DNA from: Octopus vulgaris | Lineage: Eukaryota | NCBI GenBank assembly: GCA_951406725.2 | Contig: OX597816.1 | Span: 61,938,001 to 62,002,000 of the forward strand | DNA length: 64,000 nt | Reading direction: 5' to 3' | Shown here: piece by piece, positions 53,394 to 64,000 of the stretch | Layout: every line of letters begins with the position of its first letter | Position numbering within the stretch: the first letter of the stretch is position 1 | The notes under the pieces: model-generated | What the model was told of the DNA's origin: nothing | Seen by the model: the letters and a program-made list of their open reading frames with translations, nothing else | Database searches by the model: none | Made by a program: the position numbers and the translations under genes

Positions 53394-53967
53394 TTGGGTT
53401 GTCTGGAAAGTTCGTGCCGATTTTTAAAGGAAAGAAAAAGGTCAATAAATACTTGCCGCTACCCAAGGTTTACCAGGTGCTCATGAACGACGGATTTTGA
53501 TAGGTTGAGGCTTTCTGTCAATTCTCGGGTTGTGCAATGTGGGTTATTCTCAATTAATGACTTGATTTGGTCATCATCTGTAGTGGATGGTCTGCCTGAT
53601 CGCTCTTTATCAATAAGACTACAATCTCCAGCTCGGAACCTTGCGAACCACTTCCGTACAGTTCTTTCGGATAAAGAAACATCACCGTAAACTGCGCATA
53701 TTTCTTTGGTTGCTTGTGAGGCATTTTTCCCTTTATGGTAAAAGAAAAGCATCAAGGGCCGAAAATGAACTTCCTTATCTTCCAATTTAAAGGGTTACAG
53801 AATTAACACAGGTTATAGGAATATAAACCTTCTTCCCCGAAAAGATAGCTTAAACAGTGCTCTAAATGGAGGTGTAGTAAAATCCTATTTTATGGACACA
53901 GCCATGTTCTAAAATAAGTCGAAAAGAAAGCTACTATAAATTGGCACAAACTTTCCGGACAACCCAA
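53394..53967 (-). mobile_element. internally deleted mariner element (574 bp)
   Basis: TA-flanked TIRs TTGGGTTGTCTGGAAAGTTCGTGCCGATTT / AAATTGGCACAAACTTTCCGGACAACCCAA. Confidence 0.9.
53459..53785 (-). CDS. mariner transposase N-terminal bipartite HTH only (108 aa, TTG start)
   Basis: HFRPLMLFFYHKGKNASQATKEICAVYG..SERTVRKWFARF..RSGRP..HEHLVNLG; no DDD domain. Confidence 0.7.
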   Translation of the reverse strand: MEDKEVHFRPLMLFFYHKGKNASQATKEICAVYGDVSLSERTVRKWFARFRAGDCSLIDKERSGRPSTTDDDQIKSLIENNPHCTTRELTESLNLSKSVVHEHLVNLG

Positions 53968-54599
53968 TATTTTATCTTAAGTAGGAACTGTCTCTAGAAG
54001 AAACATCATACAATGCGTCCTTTTTCGTTTTTGAAAGACTGTTAAGTTTTTAAATGATGGAGATTTCATTATTTTTTCTAGCAAGCATAGCTAACATATC
54101 GACTCACATTCGCTTGCTCGTTTGTTAAATATTGAAGTTTCCAAGAAATCACTTACGTACACAAAACAAACTCGTCCAATAGCAACTGCACTTGTAACTA
54201 TTCAAGCTATTTTTATTACAGGCAAATTTTAGTCGTCAGAAAATCGCTTCCATGATTCGTATAAAAAAATAAAACAAAACAAAACTAAACCCCCCCCCCC
54301 AAAAAAAAAGCATGAAGCCACAAATATACTGTATTACATTTATATGAAATACATCCAATATGAGTACACAATCAGCAAGACTTCAAGTAAATGCAATTTA
54401 TTTCTGAAAAAAAAAAGAATTTTACTTAGCAGCTGTTTTCTTCTGAAAATTTTATATTTAAAATGACCTGGATATCATTAGAAATAGTTTCTAATGTTGC
54501 CATAAAAATGACGTTATTTCTGGATTTATACAATTTCCAAAATCGATAAAATATAAATTTATATATATATATATACAGATGTATACTCACACACAAATA

Positions 54600-54653
<54 letters not shown>

Positions 54654-54924
54654 TACAAATGTACACCCACACAAATATGCATGTATATATATATATATAT
54701 ATATACACTCAAACAAATGCATACAAAGCAATATTATATAATATTTCATATTATATAATATATATATATGCACATAATGACAGTTTTTTGTGGATAATGA
54801 TATTTAATATTATTTAATATATAAGGGTATATATATGTGTGTGTGTGGGGGGGTGCATGTATGTAAAAATTTCACATATTTATGTATGCACACCCACTAC
54901 GCTGCCGATATATACAAGCATATA

Positions 54925-54973
<49 letters not shown>

Positions 54974-55651
54974 AAATAATATGTCTGCATATGAACGTAT
55001 GTATGCATGTATGTATGTATCTGTCTGTCTCTACATATGCTGTCATGTAATATATGTGTACCTCACTATCATAAAGGAAAGGAATTAAGAGCAACCGGTA
55101 AGACAACACAGTAGACAGAATAAACTAAGGAATGCACCTCATTAGCAAATCTATTTAGGGACTTTTGTGGTTTCGAAACTTTTGGACCTACCGCTGCATT
55201 AACGACCATCAGTTACGTATGTCAGAAGACGAACCGTAAACGACATGTATTGTCATGTGTTCCTCTCTAAAAGACCGAGACAGAAATAATTTCAAATGGG
55301 CAAAATTTAATCGAATCTTTTTAAGCTAGTTCTGTAAAATTGTCAATGTCGCATAAAACATACATACATACATACACACATTCACACAGTGTGATATTCT
55401 CATTTGAAGGTTTATTTCTACAGATTTTCTACATTATCTGTTTACCTAGCAACAAAAGGTACGACGTTTCGCATGCAAAGACGTTTATATGGACAATGTA
55501 ACAGAAAAGTAAGTAAAGAGTGTATATGCATATATCAAGATCTATTGTACTTTCCACAGAGTAACATCGAAAGCGTGAACTATCCAAAGATGCTTTGATT
55601 AAATATCCCTCAAATTAAGCGGTGTAACACTTTTAGGGAGATCAATATATA

Positions 55652-56904
55652 CGAGGAAGTACCCAAAAGTAACCGGAACCCTTCTCTGTTGGACATGCTT
55701 ATTGTAGTTCAGGGTTCCGCTACAGGCCCATTGATGTGTTCATCAGACACCAGTCTGCCGACCAACTTCGTCGGGGGTGGCGGTTCGTACTGCCACGTGT
55801 TGCATTTTTGTTTTGCAGTGCTTCTCCCCTGTTTGTCGATTTTTGCGATGGCTGAAACGAGGAACAGCGTGAAATTCTGTTTTCTGTCGGCGAAAAGGGC
55901 GGCCAAAACAGTTGTCATGCTTACACGGGCGCTGTCATGAGCAAAACACAAGTTTACGTGTGATTTCGCGCTTTAGGAATGGTCACGTGTCGCTTGAAGA
56001 CCAACCTCGTTCAGGGCCTCTGGCGACTTCGCGAACGAGTGAAAACATCACAAAATTCACGAACTGATCTTGGAGATACGTCACCAGACAATTGATGATC
56101 TTGTTGATATAACTATGTTCTGGAACTCCTGCCAACGAATTGTGAGCAGGGAATTGCGAATGAAAAGAGTTGCAGTAAAATTTGTCCCTCACTTGCTCAC
56201 GGAAGATCAAAGGCAGTCACGATTGAATGCGTGTTGTGAACTGAAAAGAACAGTTAGAAGTTGATTCGGACCTCTTTTCGAATGTTATCACTGGTGACGA
56301 AAATTGTGCTACGGCTACTACCCGGAAACGTTGGAGTAATCAATGGAAGCATTCAGTGTCACCAGGCTCCACAAAAGCGCGTCAAGCGAAGTCCAATGTC
56401 AAGACGATGCTGGTTTGTTTCATCGATGCGAAAGGAATTCTCCACATAGAATTTGTCAAACTGTTAATCAGACATTTTACTTGTCAGTTCCGAAGTATTT
56501 GCAAGACGCAGTGAGATGAAAACTCCCCCTCCTGTGGTACAGTGGAGAGTGGTGGGTTTCATCACAAAAATGCGCCCGTGGACACCGCCTTGAGTGTGAG
56601 AAGTTTTTGGTCCCAAAATCTTCCGTGTTCACCCGATAATACTCCCTAGGAGTTTTTGTTTTGTTTCCCCGAATACAAAAAGTCTTTAAAGGAAAACCTT
56701 TTTGCAGATGTGAAAGAGTTGGAAAAAGAAATACAACGGAGGCGTTAAAAGGTATCACCTCGCATAAGTTCCGAGGTTGCTTTGAACAGTAGAAAACGCA
56801 TCTGGACTGATGCATGGTTTCAAATGTAGAATACTTTGAAGGCGGTAACAGTATAAGCATGTAAAACTAAGTGAATGAAATATTACAAAATTCCGGTTTC
56901 TTGG

Positions 56905-56910
<6 letters not shown>
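55652..56910 (+). mobile_element. decayed near-full-length mariner transposon
   Basis: Ends TA|CGAGGAAGTACCCAAAAGTAACCGGAA and TTCCGGTTTCTTGGGGTA; relics SLEDQPRSG, KFVPHLLTEDQ, VITGDE, KTMLVCFIDAKGI. Confidence 0.85.
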
Positions 56911-56970
<60 letters not shown>

Positions 56971-56980
56971 TCTTTATATA

Positions 56981-56997
56981 TACGTGAACACACCCTA

Positions 56998-57028
<31 letters not shown>

Positions 57029-57097
57029 ATACGTTAACACACCCTATATATGTATATATATATATGTATATATTTATATATACGTGAACACACCCTA

Positions 57098-57137
<40 letters not shown>

Positions 57138-57160
57138 TATATATACGTGAACACACCCTA

Positions 57161-57205
<45 letters not shown>

Positions 57206-57213
57206 GTGAACAC

Positions 57214-57268
<55 letters not shown>

Positions 57269-57285
57269 GTGCACACACCCTATAT
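56981..57285. repeat. minisatellite: six TACGTGAACACACCCTATAT cores separated by variable (TA)n
   Basis: Cores at about 56981, 57030, 57081, 57144, 57203 and 57266. Confidence 0.9.
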
Positions 57286-57299
57286 ATGTATATATATTT

Positions 57300-57456
57300 A
57301 TTCTTTTACTTGCTTCAGTCATTTGACTGCAGCCATATTGGAGCACCGCCACCTAGAAGTGTTTTAGTCGAACAAATCGACCCCTTTTGTCGAACCTCTA
57401 AGTTACGGGGACGTAAACACACCAAAACCGGTTTTCAAGCAGTGATCCCCCCCCCC

Positions 57457-57519
<63 letters not shown>

Positions 57520-58088
57520 CTGACCGAAGCCGCGTGGCTGATACGCGCAAAAGAATATATATATACGACGGGCTTGTTCAGCTTCCATCTACGAAATCCA
57601 CTCACAAGTCTTTGTTCAACCCAAGGTTCTACGCAGTGGGACTGAACCCGGAGCCATGTGGTTGCGAAGCAAGCTTTCTACTGCAGAACCACGCTATATA
57701 TAAATTCTTTTATTCTTTTACTTGTTTTAGCCATTTGACTGCGGCCAAACTGGAGCACCACCTTTAGTCGAACAAATCGATGTCTGGACTTATTTTTAGT
57801 AAGCCTAGTACTTATTCTATAAGCTTTTATTGCCCAACCGCTAAGCTACGGGGGACATAAACGCACCAGCACCGGTTGTCAAGCAATGGTGGCGAAACAG
57901 ACACACAGACACACACAAATAAATACATATATATAAATAAACAACGGGCTTCTTTCAGTGTCCGTCTACTGAATTCACTCAGAAAGCTTTGGTCAACTAT
58001 AGTCCGAGGCTATAGATGAAGACACTTACTCAAGTTGCCACGCAGTGGGACTGAACACGGAAGCATGTAGTTGGGATGCAAGCTTCTT
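57300..58088 (-). mobile_element. two adjacent family B SINEs (57300-57695, 57707-58088)
   Basis: Both match 30838-31240. Confidence 0.8.
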
Positions 58089-58639
58089 AAAAATATCAGA
58101 AAATACAGCAAACATCAAAAGTGCGTACGCAGTGAATGCATTAAATTGATGCTAAAAGAAAGTTTGAAATGGAAATAAGAGGGTGTGTGACCCTTATGAG
58201 GAAAGATGTTCGGCAGAAAGAGGAAAGAGGAAAAATTCCGAAGAGAAGGAAAAGAATAGCTCGAGAAAAGTACTTGCTGAAAAATAACTGTCCTGAAGTG
58301 GAGAGAGATAGGCCTGATCCAGTGCCCTGATACACTGGATATTTCCTACTTATCTGTTTCAGGTTCGAACAGGCTTGAATGCGGTTTATGTGAGATTTCT
58401 CTTGCGACACATTCACTGATATATTCATTAGCCAGTTAAAAAAAAGTCAGTGGTGAGTGGTGGGGAAATACAAACCGAAAATGGAGAACAAACATTAGAG
58501 TCCGCACCAGACTCTAACACGGAAACACACGAGCATTCTTCCGAATACTCGCATACCAGATTACCCACCATCCAATCGATTCCTGTCCAAGAAACCGGCA
58601 TAACGTTTCTGAAAGTCTAGAGTAACAAACCACGAGATC

Positions 58640-59000
58640 GGCCTAAATATATATTTTTAATCTCGTAAAGTCAATACCACCATGACCGATATCCAAACTA
58701 CAGTGGAGAAGGCTAGCCACTGGATTTGGTTAAAAAGAGACGATGAGCGATGGTTAGAAGAATATTGAGCTTTATTTGATAACCAGTTGATCTAGGAAGC
58801 GGGGCCACATATCAGTGAGGGGCACCGGTACCTATTGACGCCGTCGAGAGGTAGGCCCCGAAACGGCGCGCATTCTCTCCTGAAGGACCCATACACTTGC
58901 TGGCTTCCGGTATGCGGAGTTCTTGACTGGTAACATTTGCATGCACAATTTGTTTGCAAGACATAAGTGTTGAGCATATTTCTCTCGTTCCTTAAACCCA
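58640..59000 (+). mobile_element. 3' end of an RLE-type (HERO-like) non-LTR retrotransposon
   Basis: SRKVNTTMTDIQTTVEKASHWIWLKRDDERWLEEY* (stop 58766-68) resembles the AExASxWxWxKR C-terminus; a GC-rich structured 3' UTR and (TATC)n follow. Confidence 0.55.
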
Positions 59001-59003
59001 ATG

Positions 59004-59084
<81 letters not shown>

Positions 59085-62039
59085 TTATCTATCTATCTGT
59101 CTATCTATCTATTTATGTATCTACATCCATAGTTACATACTCACACACATGCACACATACACATATATATGTCTGTATATATTATCTATATACGTAAACA
59201 TATGCAGACACACATCTATATGCATATACGTGCATACATACATATCATATGCAAACATGTATGTATCTGTCTATCCGTCTATCTATTTATTTATCAGTCT
59301 GTGTGTGTGTACGTGTGTGGCTGTGTGCGTGTATATGTGAATACATGCATATATAGATGGGATATAAGTAGGTGAATTTTAGAAGAGAAATTCGTAGACA
59401 GGCAGACAGACAGACGAAATGCAGTCGGACAGACACATTGATAGATAAACAGATACATTGATATATAGATACACAATTAGAAAGATAGCTATATTGATAG
59501 ATCGATAGTCAAATAAGCAATAACTTTATAATGAACTGTATAAATAATGGGAATGTTGGCTAGGTATAAAAAAGCCATAAAAGTCGTGTGATTAACAGTA
59601 AAAACTTATAATCGTGCTGGAGAATTATATTGATTTCTAAACATTGGCTAATGGCCACAGATTTAGGAAGTAAGGAAGAGACTATTTAGAAGACCCCGCT
59701 AATTGATTGGTACATTTTTATGGACTCTAGAATGATAAAAGGAAATGTTGAACCCGGTCAATTATGAACTGAAAATGAAGATAAACCTCACTAGCTAACG
59801 CAAGGAATCTAGTCCGGCGTTTTATTAATTTTGGCTAAGTATTGTATTGATTTTTGAGTGTGACTCTATCAGCTCTGTTGCAGATTTTGGTCCAATGCTC
59901 TTGGGATTTTCTTTCGACATCCTGGCGATTCTAGTCCAACTGTCTGTAAATTTGTGTCTTGCAATCTATCGATTTTAGTCTATTGTCTACCGATTCACAC
60001 ACGGAATTCTCTTGAAGCTGTTCAGATACTCCAACAAATTTATTTTGGCACTCCGGTAATTATAGTTCAGTACTTTTCCGATTTTGATTTCACATATTAC
60101 ACGTTTTTATCTGGCACTTCATATTCAGTTTTGACTTTACTGATTCTGGTCCGGCACCCTACCAATTTTATTCCTCTACCATACCAATTTTCATCCACTT
60201 CACTACTATTCTGGTAGTCTACCGACATTTTATCTGGTGCTCTATTAATTCTGTTCCGGCACACTAACAAATATGACCCGAATTCGGCTCTCTACCTATC
60301 TTGGCCCTGCGTCCTACCGATTTAGGTTTTATATACTCCTTTCTTTGGGCTCCATTTTATCGGTTTTATTATGGCGAATTCGAAATATAATAAAAATGGC
60401 TAGTAAAAAAACAAAAAAAAAAAAAACAGAGTCGGCTGCACATAGTAACATGTTTGCTGACATTTGATGCAGTAAATCAATACATTTTAATTATAAAATT
60501 GAAATTCTTGTAATATCCTTTAACAATGCCGGTGAGGAGTTAATCAAACATATAAGGTGATGTGAATGAAGGAAGGGTAAAATTAAAGACACCCAAGATA
60601 AAATTGAGAGAAGATAACAAGAAAGAAAGAGGCACAGAATAAGAGTATTAGGGAAGATGTTAAGCGGAACTTTAATTAGGATACTGGATGAGAGTCTGGA
60701 GCATAAACCAAGAAAACTAGAACAAGCGAAGGTTAGACATACAAATTATAGGAAACTGAAAAACAAAGAGAGAGAAGACAGAGAAACGAGACAGAGTGCG
60801 GTCGAAAAGGTAGATAATGGAATAGATATGTAAATGGAAAGGAGAGTAAAGGATATATGACAGAGGGTTAAAGAGAGTTATGCAAATGAAACAGAAAACG
60901 TAAGGAATCTTAGAAGAGTGAATGATGGTGGGGATACGTGCTCAATGAAGATCAGGGAATGGAAACAGCAAGAATAGAAATATAAAAAAAAGCCTCGCCT
61001 GTTTATAAAAATCAATCTCACTTCTACATACTGTAATATTAAGGGCAAACTATAGTACTTTCTTGTTTCTTAAAATGACACTCCTATGGATGAAAACAAA
61101 TCTTCTCCATCTGAACGAAACAACAATTTTTGTTATAGATCTGCTAGCCCACCTGTCACTCATTAAGGTTACGTTGTGATAACAATAGGTACGACTGACG
61201 CAACGAGAAAGCCTCTTTATCAAATCACACATATTTTCTTTAAACAAAGAAAGATATATTCGATAATGTAACTCAGTGTATAGAGTTTATGTTTCAGGTT
61301 GGATTTTTGATCATAGTTCTGCATGATCAGAACTAAATTGGGCTATAACAAGATCCATGCACTGTAAGCCCAAACTGGAGCTTCTATTATGTTCAATGTA
61401 CCTGCTAGAAATGGCTGTCAATACTCCATCAGAACAACACCCCTTGGTCTCTAAAATAAGCGGTATTTTGCAAAACAAAGTCCTTTACCGATGTAGGCCT
61501 AAACAGCAATAGCCTATAAAGTCACGAGAAGTAACTTTTCAAAATTCTACTTAAACCAGATCTCCATACACGAACGATACACAAAATGAGGGGAGGGGAA
61601 GATGGTAAGGTGAAGAAAGACAAGGAGGCAGAAAGAGTAAGAGGAGTAGGTGGAGAGGAGAGCTAGAGAGACAAACATACAAAAGTGTAAAAAAATAAAT
61701 AAATAAACATAAAATAGATCGACATAAAGATAGATGGGGAAAACTAAATTGGATTTGTGTTGGACTAAACGTATGTTGAAAACGATAAAAGAACGTCAAA
61801 GTAATAAATAAATTAAACAGAGCAAAATTACCTACATATGCCAAATATTTGCTGGTTTCCTGAATGCTAAGATAAAAATATAACTATTTACAACTATTGA
61901 ACCTCAATGATAGTCGGCATGATTAGAAAAAAAAAAAATGAACTGTGAATAAATACACATGTAAAAATATATACATTTATATATATATATATGTGTGTGT
62001 GTATGTGTGTGTGTACGCATTTACACATGCACACAAACA

Positions 62040-62091
<52 letters not shown>

Positions 62092-62269
62092 CGTATCAAA
62101 ATTGCTGCTGATTTTTCATAAGGAAAATAAGGAATGATTCTGATTTTTTTTTTTTATATTCGGATTTTTTTTTCTTATTTTGGCATTTGTTTATGCGAAG
62201 CCTCTGTTGATGCTGATATAAATGATAATCTTCATGACGATACAGCATAAAATTTGGTATTGATTATTA

Positions 62270-62361
<92 letters not shown>

Positions 62362-62542
62362 GTTCGTTTGTTTTCTTCTGTCGATGGATGTGGTAGTGTT
62401 GTTTCGTTTTGGTGACGATGGTGGTAGAAGTAGCGTTCGCGGTTTTCTTTATCTTGAACATCCATTATCATTACGGTTTTTTATACGGGAACGCACATAA
62501 GTACATAGAAAAAAAAAACCCATTAACATATACACATAAATG

Positions 62543-62587
<45 letters not shown>

Positions 62588-63741
62588 ACGTGCATATACA
62601 CATACATATAGAAAATGAATCCGCAGGGATAAAACTATCAGATGGAGATTGGCAATATATTTTCATAATAAATAATATAAATGTTGACATTTTGGTATCT
62701 AACGTATACATACACAAACATGACTAAGAGCATGTTTGTTTAGTTTCTTTGTTTTCTCTGTACTTAAGTCAAACGAACACATACACGTTCACACATGCAT
62801 ACGTACATGCATAAATTCATGCATAGCTTCATAGATACAAACATACACACATACATACATATATACACACACACGCACAAACACACATACATATATTATA
62901 TAAGTACATATAAACATACATGCACATACGGATATGCAAACGCACACATTTTATTCATGAGCAGAAATATAACTTCATGTTTGCATGAACAACATTACTG
63001 CACTCAATACATATAAGAGAGTAGAATCTACATACACAAGGGCACTATTTGCAATATTCTACGCTTAGCATAGGCCAAGCAATTATATGGCTATAAACCG
63101 AAAAAGTTCGTAGAAAAAACAACGTAGCATATGTGGGTGCTTACGGTATTGATTTTTAGGTTAAAATTATGAAAGCGGTAAACTCGTTTCACATAATTAT
63201 CTTTTAGGGGTGAGAAACTTCCCCCGAGTAGTTGCAAAAGCGCTGACCATTATATAGAATGTGAAGGCCTAACATATATCTGATGAAGGAGGGTTAAAAA
63301 AAGAGGCTTCTAAATTGGCTTTTGTATGGAAAATGAAAGGCGCTATTATGATTGAGTGAAGTGAAATCAATATTATCTATTGGTGGGTTGCAACTGAAAG
63401 GTAAATGTAGAAAATCTGATTGGTAAATAGTTAATAATTGATCCAGTCGATGATATAAAAATTTGCATGGATAGTAGAAAACATCCAACATATATATTCT
63501 TGTAAAGTATAGTGGAATAGTAGTGACTGAAAAAAGAAACTGAGTGTGTGCAACACTCCTGGTATATGATTAAATATCAAACTATCCAATCAGGTCGTCC
63601 TATGCTCTCTTTCAGGAGATTCTTGTTCAATTCCAGACATTTAGTAGCGATTTCGATTTAAAGTTTATATCATTTGAGTATTACGGAGATGTACTTGCAT
63701 AGCGAGTGACTTAATCTGAGATCGTGTGCTGGAACGAAAAC

Positions 63742-63966
63742 AATTGCAGCGTGGAAGGTGTTTATAAGCCATTTAAGAAACACACAAAAACCGTTAGATT
63801 CACTTCAACATTTAAATCTAATTTGTCAAAATATTTTGGTCGCTTTGAGACCACGATCTGTTCACTGACAAAAATATTTTGACAAATTAAATTTAAATGT
63901 TGAAGTGAATCTAACGGTTTTTGTGTGTTTCTTAAATGGCTTATAAACACCTTCCACGCTGCAATT
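63742..63966. repeat. near-perfect palindrome (96-bp arms) around an HHR-like core
   Basis: 63742-63837 vs 63871-63966 with one mismatch; the centre on the minus strand reads UUUGUCA-GUGAACA-GAUCGU..GCGAC-CAAA-AUAU-UU-UGACAAA. Confidence 0.8.
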
Positions 63967-64000
63967 ATTTGAGTAGTTATTAAACTTTGCCTAACTCGCA

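Noticed and set aside
56981-57285. CRISPR-like repeat-spacer appearance
   Set aside because: Spacers are only (TA)n, the context is eukaryotic and there are no cas genes.
58801-58860. HDV-like ribozyme reading of the GGGGCC/GGCCCC stems
   Set aside because: Could not place P3/L3, P1.1 or the catalytic C on either strand.

Overview
Eukaryotic, repeat-saturated non-coding DNA, most likely from an octopod cephalopod. This is inferred from the SINE families and the extreme (TA)n/(CA)n/(TATC)n density. I find no convincing host exon, and almost all short ORFs in the track are microsatellite artefacts. The centrepiece is a young, apparently intact Penelope-like retroelement (PLE, 41614-46270, minus strand) inserted into a (TA)n tract. 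It has two 390-bp direct pseudo-LTRs that look identical by eye, each carrying a minimal hammerhead ribozyme (HHR) and a CCAAT/TATA-like promoter. Unusually, it has two ORFs: a coiled-coil/basic ORF1 overlapping, in the -1 frame, an RT-GIY-YIG ORF2. The conserved N-terminus of ORF2 has no start codon, and its frame opens 15 nt upstream of an in-register U_UUU_UUU slippery heptamer. About a dozen HHR or HHR-like motifs from several families are spread across the window. They include a ~350-nt terminally redundant retrozyme-like unit, a long-stem-II family with a compensatory base change, a type II-like motif and a candidate HHR with non-canonical strand order in a non-LTR element 3' UTR. The rest is tRNA-derived SINEs (Nin/Deu-like, CORE-like, V-domain), R4/Dong-type LINE relics, Tc1/mariner relics and MITEs, and several long palindromes. 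All family assignments are by motif recognition only; no database search was possible.
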